Shown here: in pieces, positions 27,201 to 37,185 of the stretch
Layout of the letters: each line of letters starts with the position of its first letter
Numbering within the stretch: the stretch's first letter is position 1
Assembly: GCA_026936335.1 (NCBI GenBank)
Contig: JAPMXV010000043.1
Location: 372,001 to 436,000, forward strand
Direction: 5' to 3'
DNA from: Mantamonas sphyraenae STR306
Taxonomy: Eukaryota; Protista; CRuMs
Length of the DNA stretch: 64,000 nt
The notes under the pieces: generated by a model
The model's database searches: none
What the model saw: the letters and a program-made list of their open reading frames with translations, nothing else
Told to the model about the DNA's origin: nothing
Translations under genes and position numbers: made by a program

Positions 27201-27587
27201 GAGGGGAAAAACAAAGAGAAGCGGTGGCAGGCAGTGGCACAGTTTGAGCATGACGATACGTTTGTGATGCTGTTGCCCGTCAAGGCGGCCGGCAACGGGC
27301 TGAATTTGGTGGCTGCGAACCACGTGGTGTTTCTGGAGCAGCTTCTGAATCCAAATGACCTCAGCCAGGCCATGGCACGGATCAACCGGCTGGGACAGTC
27401 GAAAGATGTGCATGTGCATCGATTGGTTGTGCGCAACAGCATCGAAGAGCGGCTGGAGGCGTTGGTTGCTCAGAAGCAAGCCGAGCTGCTCCGCGGGGAA
27501 CAGGGATCTCTTCAGTTTGCAAAGACACGACGGTTTGAGGAGCTGTACAGCAAGGAGGACATGATGGCGTTGATTGCAGGGGAATGA
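24264..27587 (+). CDS. SHPRH: SHPRH-like SNF2 helicase / RING E3 ligase, with three single-base frame breaks (~24575, ~25678, ~26624)
   Basis: LLEHQRQA/VHWMQQRE, GGVLADEMGMGKT, VADESQM, RWCVSGTP, VDKLQVLHAL, RING CVIC..CGHVFC..CPTCR, YGTK..KVLVFSQF, GNGLNLVAANHV, QAMARINRLGQ. Spread over four overlapping ORFs with no usable introns. Confidence 0.85.
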
Positions 27588-27601
27588 ACAAGTCTCCTCT
27601 C

Positions 27602-29198
27602 TTATTCGGCCCTACGACGGGCCGCTAGCACCTGAAAAACGATCCCTTGCATCATGGTTGCGAACGGCCGCATGGGGATCTCAAAATCCGACCACAGTTC
27701 AACCACAGGATCACCCATCCTCTCTTGGTGGCAAAGAGCGACGTAGGGGTCCTCCATGTCCTCGTCCATCCCGTTGCCGATGCCCGGTTTCGCCTTGACG
27801 TCCAGATAGGTGGTGGCATTCACACGGAGATTGCCAGCACTGCGGATTCGAAAGTGGCCAAGACCAGCTTTTTCGACATATTCGGAGTAAAATTCACCCA
27901 GCTCTAAAACTGCACCTGGAATTGGAATCAGAGCTGCCCAAGCCATACCGGCTCCATTGCGGACACGAGAATGTCCGTCTCCCGCGCAAACACATGCGCC
28001 TGCTCAGGGACAGACAGACGTTCCAGCTCGACTACTTGGACTGAACTGACGCCTCGCATGCCTTTCACGGTCTCAACAGCCTCCTGAATGTTCACAATTC
28101 TTCTCTGAAATCTCTGCACAAAGGTGACGCGCACACCAGCCGATGATTTCGTTTCCAATCCGGCACGGGTCTCCATAAGGCGGGGATCCATGTTGGCAAA
28201 CGCGCGTTCGAGCACATTGCGTGCATACGTCAAATTGAATCTGTGCAGTTTGTCGAAACTGCGAGAAAAGCACATCGTCTGAGTCTGGTCGGAAACAAAC
28301 CGTTTGCTGTGGTCAAAAACAACCGGCAGAGCCTCCAGAATAAGCTTGTTGAAGCGGCCGTGGTGACACGAGACGTCTGGGCCGGGGCTTCCGTTGGCGA
28401 AGATGGGAACCCGTGGCATGTCGTCCCAGGAGTCTGTGGGCGCAACGTAATCGCTGATCTGCGTCCACACGGAGACGAGTACGTCATGCACGAGGTGGTA
28501 GAGGTTGCCTTCGCAAGTGAACGCGGTAAAAAGGGCAGGAACATGGCAGAACAGTGGCCAGTCCTTCGGCCGCGCGTACGGAATTCGGATGCGCTGATGT
28601 GATCCAGCCGAAGGCTCTGCGAGGTTGACGTTATTCACAGTGTACAAAGATCCATGTTTGAGTGCCTCTTCCAAGTCTGTGATCTCTTGCGTGCCGTGGA
28701 ACTCGTAGAGTTTGCCGTTGTGGATGCACACCGGATTCGAAACAATCTGTTGAGGGGGAACACGTCTGTCCAGCTCGGCATCCATGCATGCGTGCGTTTC
28801 CTTCTCTGCGGAGAGCACGTCGAAGACACTCCTCACTTGGGTGGGTGCCTTGGCTTGTGGGCCTGAAACCTTGTTTCGGCTCCACGGTTCAACCTCCGCT
28901 TCCTGCAGGGTTGGCACGCGAGAACGGCCAATCAAAGGACAGTACTCCTTCTCATTCTGAAGTGGAACCACAGCACAGGGTGTTAACGGTGTGCCTTGGG
29001 TCAGAACTGCTTTCTGCAACACTCAACACGGACCCTTTGCGCTTCCACTTGCAGCCTTTGCAACTCTTGCAGCTGTTCTTCAAGGACAGCGATGCGAGCT
29101 TCACTGTGCCTCAATGCATTTCGGCTTTCCATGAACAGAATAATCATGACAATCATCAAACACATGGACAACGCAAGGGAAACGACCACATTTCTCAT
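27602..29198 (-). CDS. Type II membrane glycosyltransferase family 61-like protein; intronless, two frame breaks (~29021, ~27957)
   Basis: N-terminal TM plus short coiled coil, NLYHLVHD, VTFVQR..RRIVN..E, LERLSVPEQAHVF..TDILVSA-x-GAGMAW, GAVLEL. These resemble GT61/DUF563 motifs. Confidence 0.72.
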
Positions 29199-29451
29199 GT
29201 CTTCATCTGCCCCAGGTTGGCAATTGGTTGGTGCGGCGAGGCAACCCCACGCATGTCCAGACAAGGAGCATGGAAGCAATTGTGTGGTGTTCCACGTGTC
29301 GGCGACGCAGCCTGATGAGTGAAATCTCAGCTGGACAGGACGATGGAGAAACATGGTGTTGATTTCCAAAAGACCACTCTCGCACGCACTCTCACATGCA
29401 CATGCATCATCCCCTCCTGCAAACTCACACACTCTCATGAAGTTGGATGGA

Positions 29452-30209
29452 TCAACCATGCATGGTAAACTTGCGCCAGCCAACCACGTCGGCCTTGAGG
29501 TCGTAGGTACTGCGCTGGAAGCCCGGGTCGTTCACCATCAACGTGGTGGCACTGTTGCTGTCCCATCCGGTGACGAGCACAAAGTGGCGTCCGTGCATGA
29601 CGTTGGCAATGATGACGGAGCTCCCATTCTTCAGGTTCTCCTGCACCTGCGCCATGTTCAGCGAGTCAATCTTGCCGTCGTACACAATGTCGTGCGGGTT
29701 GATCTGCTGAATCACACCCTCAAACAGGTCGTTGCTGTTGTCATACCCGTGGTGCTCGCGCAGAAACTCGTTCACCGTGCCCGGGTTGGCATCCACGTGC
29801 GTCCCGTTCAGCGGCACGGCAAACCCATGGCCACGCAGCGACATGGAAATGGAGCTCATCAAACAGCCCACCTGGCAACTGTGTTCCCACACGTGCGTAT
29901 CCCGCGTTTGCGTGAGCCCACAGACCTACGTCTCACACTTCCTTTTTGGTTGCGCCGCGTGGACGAAAACCTCCCTTTCCCCTCCACCGCACTCCTTTTC
30001 TGTTCTTTGCCTCCATGCCCTGCTACACGCATGCACGAGCCAGCCCACCGCGCAACTTACATGGTCTCCGACACAATCAGGTTCTTTCCCCAGCGCGAGT
30101 CACATTGCTTGAAGAGCGGGTACTGCTTGGGAATCACCGGCGACGCGGCCACAGCGGCCACACACATCAGCGCCACAAAGGCAACGAGAGCAAAGGAAGG
30201 GGAACGCAT
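29452..30209 (-). CDS. Secreted papain-fold peptidase C39-like protein; 2 exons
   Basis: Signal peptide [35 protein letters not shown]|[24 protein letters not shown]. One GTAAGT..CACAG intron. Confidence 0.75.
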
Positions 30210-30288
30210 GGGTGCAAATAGGAATCAACCGTGGACTGCGGGATTGGATTGCGGCGTGCGGCGCACGGAAACTCCACGCGCCACTGTC

Positions 30289-31918
30289 ATGTTCACACGC
30301 AGCACTCGCCGATCAGTGTCGTTGAAGAGCAGCCTGGGCGTCGCCTCGTCGCCAATGATGATGTCGCGTGCAGGTGTGGTCACTGTGTCCACGCCAAACA
30401 CAAATCTCACCGTGGAGGAGGACGCCGACGGAATCAGCGTCAAGTCGCAGGGTCCGCTGAGGCCCGTGTACATGGACGCCCTCGCCACCACCGCCGTCGA
30501 CCCGCGCGTCCTTGACTTTATGCTTCCCATGTTCACCGAACGTTACGGCAACCCGCACTCTACTTCCCACTTTTACGGCTGGGAAGCCGACGAAGAGGTG
30601 GAGTGGGCTCGCAAGGTATGTTTTTCCACAACCTGCCGCCGTGCGCCGCTGCATCCATTCTGCACACACATACGCTCCGTCCCCACGTCTTCCCATCATC
30701 CCATCCTAGCCTGTCACGCCGTTGCTCTCCCCGCAGTGACGCCTCTGCGTCCGCTCGTGCCGTCTGTGCACCCAGCGCGGCGATTGTCTCCGACCTTCCG
30801 TTTCGCCGCTGCACAGGACAGCCCACCACTGACACAGATGCGTGCGTGCGTGTGACCCACCACAGCAAGTGGCAGACACCATTGGTGCCGACCCGAAGGA
30901 GATCATCTTCACCTCGGGCGCCACCGAGTCGAACAACATTGCGCTGAAGGGCATTGCCGGATTCTACAAGAGTCGCAAGCGACATGTGATCACACTGGCC
31001 ACCGAACACAAGTGTGTGTTGGATTCGTGCCGGCATCTGAGTGAGAACGGCTTTGAGGTGACGTACCTGCCTGTGCAGGCAAACGGACTGGTGGATCTGG
31101 AGGAACTCGAGGCAGCCATCCGCAAGGACACCGTGTTGGTGTCCATCATGGGCGTCAACAACGAAATCGGCGTGGTGCAGCCTTTGGGTGAGATTGGCAA
31201 GCTGTGCCGCGCCAACAAGGTGTTCTTCCACACAGACTGCGCCCAGGCCGTGGGCAAGATCCCGCTCGACGTCAATGATCTCAATGTGGACGCCATGTCC
31301 ATTAGCGGACACAAAATCTACGGCCCCAAGGGTGTGGGTGCCTTGTACATTCGCCGCAAGCCGCGTGTGCGCGTCGAGGCGCAGATGAGCGGAGGCGGCC
31401 AGGAGCGTGGCCTCCGCTCGGGTACCCTGCCTTCCCAGATCATTGCTGGTTTCGGCAAGGCCTTGCAATTGGCTCGTGAGGAGATGCATCTCGACCTGGC
31501 TCACGTCAGTCGACTGGGCGAGAGGCTCAAGGCAGGTCTCCGTGAAAACATCTCGGACATCGAGCTCAACGGCGACGAACACAACCGCTATCCGGGCTGC
31601 ATCAACATGAGCTTTGCCTACGTCGAGGGCGAGTCTCTCCTCATGGGTCTTAAGAACATTGCCGTCTCGTCGGGCTCTGCGTGCACCTCGGCTTCTCTCG
31701 AGCCCTCCTACGTCCTGCGTGCTCTCGGCGTCAATGAGGAGATGGCCCACACCAGCATCCGCTTTGGCATCAACCGCTTTTCCACCGAACGTGAAGTCGA
31801 CTACACCATCCAGCAGTGCATCGAACATGTCCAGCGCCTGCGCGACATGTCTCCTCTCTGGGAGATGGTCCAGGAGGGCATCGACCTCAGCACCATCCAA
31901 TGGACACAGGAACACTAA
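30289..31918 (+). CDS. NFS1: Mitochondrial cysteine desulfurase; 2 exons
   Basis: Arg/Ser-rich presequence, [50 protein letters not shown]. Intron ~30616-30865. Confidence 0.97.
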
Positions 31919-31934
31919 GCAGCACACAGAGAGA

Positions 31935-31972
<38 letters not shown>

Positions 31973-32700
31973 TTGTGCAACAAAAATGATTGGGCGTCAA
32001 CAGCACCAAACATTCCACAAACCCATCTCAATGGTCTGTGTGTCCATTGGTTGCTCGTTGTCCTCCTCTCTTGTATCCCTGTCTCACACAGCTTCCCTCC
32101 CCTTCCCTTTGTTCCTCGCGCAGTCGTCCGTGGTCATTGGAGGAGCCGCTCTGGGCGCCGCGGCGTTGGTGTTTCGCCAGGTCAGCCGCGTGCTGCGTGA
32201 GCAAGCCGCAAAGGCCCCCAAGAAGCCCACCGTCAAGAACGTGACCAAGCAGCTTTCCAAATACCCCGGTGGTTTCGAGGCCAAGATGAACCGCAAGGAG
32301 GCGTACCTCGTCCTCGGGCTCAAGTGCGTTGGCTGATTTTCCGCCCCTGTGCTCCCGCACCCGCAGTGGCCCATCACCGCCCATGAAGCACATGGTTGCA
32401 TGCAAATACACTGCGTACAGACGGTGCAGTGGACATCAACACGCGCAGAGCCGCCCAATAGCCCTCTCTGACACGCGGACCTCCACTCCACTCCATCCGT
32501 TTGCCACAGGCCCAGCGCCACCATGAAGGACGTCAAGACTGCACACAGGTTTCTTTTGCGAAGGTAAACACGTGTCCCAGCCTCCCTTTTGACTCGTGAA
32601 CACACACACACTGACCCGTCCTTGGCCTCTCGCACGCCACAGAAACCATCCCGACCAGAAGGGCAGCCCGTACGTGGCCTCCAAACTCAACGAGGCCAAG
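31467..32700 (+). repeat. Left arm of ~1.2-kb inverted duplication (NFS1 3' end + most of PAM18)
   Basis: Reverse complement of 33413-34678 apart from a few SNPs, two 1-nt indels and microsatellite length. Confidence 0.97.
31937..31971. repeat. (GT)n microsatellite, ~17 units
   Basis: Seen directly; its partner copy is at 34144-34208. Confidence 0.95.
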
Positions 32701-32706
32701 TTGTGA
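32031..32706 (+). pseudogene. PAM18: PAM18/DNAJC19-like J-protein copy with truncated C-terminus (ends NEAKL*)
   Basis: ATG|intron|SSVVIGGAALG..GGFEAKMNRKEAYLVLGL|..AHRFLL|NHPDQKGSPYVASKLNEAK. The last residues are replaced at the duplication breakpoint (32700). It could still be expressed. Confidence 0.7.
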
Positions 32707-33341
32707 TCCAGCACATCAAGATCGAGAACGGCAAATTTGTTTCCAAGCCGTGTCACTGGCGTATCCTGCAACGTAGCACTGGACACGTGTGGCAGTGACA
32801 ATACGCTGCGTTTTGCCGAGTTGGCGACCTTCCTCTCCCTATCGGAGAGCCTGCCCATTTGGTGTTGCCTCCTCCAGCGCAAGGGCCTTGTCATGCACAA
32901 ACATCCGAGTAGAATCATCAATTAATGATATTCGCCAGTCAATGTGGGGTGGTCGCGTGATCACATGAACGTCTCATTAAGCGTGGGTGGCAAACCAAAA
33001 TCATGGAAAAAGTCTGCACCAAAGCATCCGCACAATCCCGTCCTCGCTCCACGAGTGTGACTGGACAAGCGTCGTGTACTCGTCAAGTTAGGAATGTTTG
33101 GATAGTTTGGATAGGTTGGATTGGCCTGCCATTGCAGGATTCTCAATGCTTTGGATGCTCTAGAGGGCGCAACGGGCATTCAGCTGCCACATACCCGCGA
33201 TCCGTGGACAGGGACGGGCCATGGGGATGGGGGTACAGGATTGATTCATATCACTGGATAAAATGGCATTCTTGTGAATCTCAGCCGCAAAAAGCCGGGG
33301 TCGCAATGAACCCCGAAAAAGTTCGCTCAAACGAAAACCCC
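32701..33341. mobile_element. Possible transposon-derived/foreign spacer between the inverted arms
   Basis: More AT-rich than the flanks, with no host-gene similarity I recognise. One end (minus strand) reads ATTCA|GGGGTTTTCGTTTGAGCGAAC with a short inverted repeat CGGGGT..ACCCCG. No transposase was recognised. Confidence 0.3.
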
Positions 33342-33376
33342 TGAATGCATTTTGTCATCCTGTCTTTTCTTCTCTC

Positions 33377-34083
33377 TCACATGGGCGATTCCTTGCCGTC
33401 AATGATGAAGTCCTTGGCCTCGTTGAGTTTGGAGGCCACGTACGGGCTGCCCTTCTGGTCGGGATGGTTTCTGTGGCGTGCGGGAGGCCAAGGACGGATC
33501 AGTGTGTGTGTGTTCACGAGTCAAAAGGGAGGCTGGGACACGTGTTTACCTTCGCAAAAGAAACCTGTGTGCAGTCTTGACGTCCTTCATGGTGGCGCTG
33601 GGCCTGTGGCAAACGGATGGAGTGGAGTGGAGGTCCGCGTGTCAGAGAGGGCTATTGGGCGGCTCTGCGCGTGTTGATGTCCACTGCACCGGCTGTACGC
33701 AGTGTATTTGCATGCAACCATGTGCTTCATGGGCGGTGATGGGCCACTGCGGGTGCGGGAGCACAGGGGCGGAAAATCAGCCAACGCACTTGAGCCCGAG
33801 GACGAGGTACGCCTCCTTGCGGTTCATCTTGGCCTCGAAACCACCGGGGTATTTGGAAAGCTGTTTGGTCACGTTCTTGACGGTGGGCTTCTTGGGGGCC
33901 TTTGCGGCTTGCTCACGCAGCACGCGGCTGACCTGGCGAAACACCAACGCCGCGGCGCCCAGAGCGGCTCCTCCAATGACCACAGACGACTGCGCGAGGA
34001 ACAAAGGGAAGGGGGAGGGAAGCTGTGTGAGACAGGGATACAAGAGAGGAGGACAACGAGCAACCAATGGACACACAGACCAT
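33377..34083 (-). CDS. PAM18: PAM18/DNAJC19 (Tim14) mitochondrial import motor J-protein, complete copy; 4 exons
   Basis: Same exons as the + copy but with a normal ending, NEAKDFIIDGKESPM*. HPD motif intact. Confidence 0.88.
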
Positions 34084-34142
34084 TGAGATGGGTTTGTGGA
34101 ATGTTTGGTGCTGTTGACGCCCAATCAATTTTTGTTGCACAA

Positions 34143-34143
<1 letters not shown>

Positions 34144-34208
<65 letters not shown>
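34144..34208. repeat. (CA)n microsatellite, ~32 units
   Basis: Seen directly; about twice the length of the paralogous run in the left arm. Confidence 0.95.
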
Positions 34209-34210
<2 letters not shown>

Positions 34211-34226
34211 TCTCTCTGTGTGCTGC

Positions 34227-34678
34227 TTAGTGTTCCTGTGTCCATTGGATGGTGCTGAGGTCGATGCCCTCCTGGACCATCTCCCAGAGAGGAGACATGT
34301 CGCGCAGGCGCTGGACATGTTCGATGCACTGCTGGATGGTGTAGTCGACCTCACGTTCGGTGGAAAAGCGGTTGATGCCAAAGCGGATGCTGGTGTGGGC
34401 CATCTCCTCATTGACGCCGAGAGCACGCAGGACGTAGGAGGGCTCGAGAGAAGCCGAGGTGCACGCAGAGCCCGACGAGACGGCAATGTTCTTAAGACCC
34501 ATGAGGAGAGACTCGCCCTCGACGTAGGCAAAGCTCATGTTGATGCAGCCCGGATAACGGTTGTGTTCGTCGCCGTTGAGCTCGATGTCCGAGATGTTTT
34601 CACGGAGACCTGCCTTGAGCCTCTCGCCCAGTCGGCTGACGTGAGCCAGGTCGAGATGCATCTCCTCACGAGCCAATT
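34227..34678 (-). pseudogene. 5'-truncated NFS1 fragment (last ~149 codons)
   Basis: Identical translation to the NFS1 C-terminus. It lacks a promoter, the presequence and the PLP-binding Lys region, and starts 16 nt after the CDC45 stop. Confidence 0.9.
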
Positions 34679-34694
34679 CATTCCTTCCTGTTGG

Positions 34695-37080
34695 TCACAA
34701 CCTAGCTTGGCTCATGGCAAGGTGCAGCGACTCGAGGAAGCGGCCGCTGTCGGCCTTGCGCAGCTCCATGACGGTCGAGTCAAACCCGTCTCGCTTTGCA
34801 CGTGCGTCGCTGGCCTGTGCTGCCTCGCTAAAGCACAGACCGAATTGGTTGCGCACAGTGTCCCCCAGGGCGCCGGCTACCGTGAGACCCACCACCAGGT
34901 AGATCTCGTTCTCTGCGTCGATCAGCGAAAACAACACCATGGAACGCGTCTGACTGCTCGACCGCACTTGGTGGTTTCGAAAGATGTCCATGAGAAAGTA
35001 GCCCAGCTTGGCCAGCCCCTGTGCCCCGCGGAACATCTCGTTTGCCTGTAGGTCGTTCAGAAACGCGTACCGGAACGTTCCCAGGTTCACCACTGCCTTC
35101 TTTTCCATCAGCAGGATCCCTTGGTTCACCACTGCCTTTTGCATCGTCATTGCACGCTGGATCCCTGCCTCCAGCTGTTCCGTCGATTCCATCGACAGCG
35201 CATCGTACGCTCGCCAAAATCCACGATGCCATGCTCCCGCACCCTCCTCCTCTTCCTCGCCATGCACGTTGGACAACGCAAACAGATCGCTGTTGCCGCC
35301 GCCGGCGCCGACGCCACCACTGCTGCTGCTGTTGCTGCTGCTGCTGCTCGTCGACATGTCGCTTGTGTCCAGGGCGCTCGTCTCGTCCATTTGCAGGCTG
35401 CTGCCACTGTACTCCTCCAGCAGCGCAGTGAGGGCCAACGACACGTCGGCTGCGCCCAGTTCGCGCTGGTAGCCCGTCTGCTGAGTGAACGAGTCGTAGA
35501 AAATGTCCTCCAGGCCGTAGATGCGTCCCACACCACGCACCTTGGTCGTCAGCTGCTTCTTGGACATGGTGCTCATGCACCGAAACTTCTGTTTGCACTC
35601 CTGAAGCGGAATGCCCAGTTTGGAGAGGATTGTGTTCAGCGCCATGCGCCCATCTTCGTTCCAAATGCCAAGCCGCGATGCAACGTATCCCGAGTAGTAC
35701 ATGGCGTCGTACAGCGACCAGTGCCGCAGCAAGTTGAAACGCATCTCTTCACACAGCCGGATGTGTGTGTGGCTGTTGACCTTGAACGTGAACCCCTCAC
35801 GCACAAGTTCTTCCGATGTGCTCGGGTTCAGCCGGCTCACCTCGTCGTGCAACAGACCCACCGCGTTACGGTACTGCATTGTGTCCACCTTGTTGTGCAC
35901 AAACTGGTCTGTGGCCCCTACAATGGCCAGCCACAGCAACTCGTTTGTCTCTCGGTTCACGCTGCTCGCCAAACTGTACATGAGGTATGCAGCGCTGCTT
36001 CCGTACGACGTCCCTGAATAGTATTCGTTCACCTTGCGCAGCCGTGTCTTGCGTTCCGCTTGTCTCCTCACCCAACCTTCCCGTTCGCCCGTCTCCTCCT
36101 CCTCTTCTCCGTCTTCCCCCACGCGCCTCCTCTGTGTGTGTGTGCGTTCATGTCTGTGTGTCAGCCAAACCCATCCCATTCTCCCCACTTGCCTCTCCAC
36201 ACTTCGCCCTACCTTGTGGTTCGTGCGTGAAAACGAGCCAAACTCGTCTTCGTCGTCGTCGTCGTCCTCGTCATCCCACCCGTCCACGTCGCGGGACAGC
36301 ATCTCGGCTGCCAGAAAGTCCTCCTCCTCAGGAAAGTCCTGCTCATCATCGGCGTCGTGCAATAAGTAAACCTGTGTGTTGGGCGGTCACGAGTGTCAGG
36401 ATGGCGACTTGGGGCGCGTCCAGGTTTTTTGGCGCCAAATCGGCGGCTGTGGCAATCCCACCCACCTGTTGTTGTGCAAACACGTTCTTGTGGTTGTATG
36501 GCCGCCTGCTGTCTGCAATGTAAACATCCATGTCACGCCTGTGCAACGCCAGAAGCGAAGCAATGTCCACGTTGCCGCCGCAGTTCAGCAGGAACAGCGA
36601 GGTGATGAACGTCTTCGCGCCAATCCTTGTGTGAGTCTCTCCACTCTCTCCAAACACACACGCACACACACATACCTCCTTTGGGTCCAGTTCAGCCACG
36701 CACTGCTCCACCTCCTCGTAGCCAAGCACAGGCATGACCCGGTATGAAATAAAATCGGCGTGCAGCAGCGTCTGTGTGGTCCAGGTGTCAGGAGATTTTG
36801 ATTTTGGCGGGAAACCTTGACCCGGCCTCCAGCTCACGCCTACACTCTCATCTGTGCCCATGCGCCCACACACACGTATCCACCACGCCCCCCTTTGTCC
36901 CCTCTACCGTGCACCTCTGCCCACATCAGCACTCACCATCAGAATTTTGCACGCGCAAACCGCATCGCCGTCAGGCGCCACAAAGATCAGCACCGTCGTC
37001 GTGCCACTGCCCACCTGTGCCGCTGTCTCGCTCACACGGCGATGGACTCCCAACTGGAAATCCTCAGGAAACAGGATCAT
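34695..37080 (-). CDS. CDC45: DNA replication initiation factor CDC45; 5 exons
   Basis: VLIFVAPDGDAVCACKIL, LLNCGG, YIADSRRP, YYSGTSYG, LLWLAIVG.TDQ, RHWSLYDAM, LGIPLQECKQKF, RNQFGLCF. Four in-frame introns. Confidence 0.95.
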
Positions 37081-37185
37081 CTTCGTTGGAAGAGTTGGCG
37101 GAGTTGGCCCAGCCGGCGTCCATTCGTCCTTCGTCTCTCTTCTCCCTCCACATGCCCACAACTTGCTTCCCAACTCACTTCTTCA

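Larger units (their letters stand above)
33413..34678 (-). repeat. Right arm of inverted duplication
   Basis: Near-identical reverse complement of 31467-32700. Confidence 0.97.

Noticed and set aside
24570-29040. Tiny (17-35 nt) introns as the general explanation for the frame breaks
   Set aside because: These are formally possible at ~26625, ~29020 and ~1560. At 24575 the only option deletes a conserved motif, and at 27957 and 46580 I found no suitable intron. Other introns here are about 60 nt or longer.
30289-32706. Cysteine desulfurase next to a J-domain gene as an isc-like operon (iscS-hscB)
   Set aside because: The J-protein is PAM18-type (N-terminal TM, GGFE..M..EA motif), not HscB, and both genes have introns.
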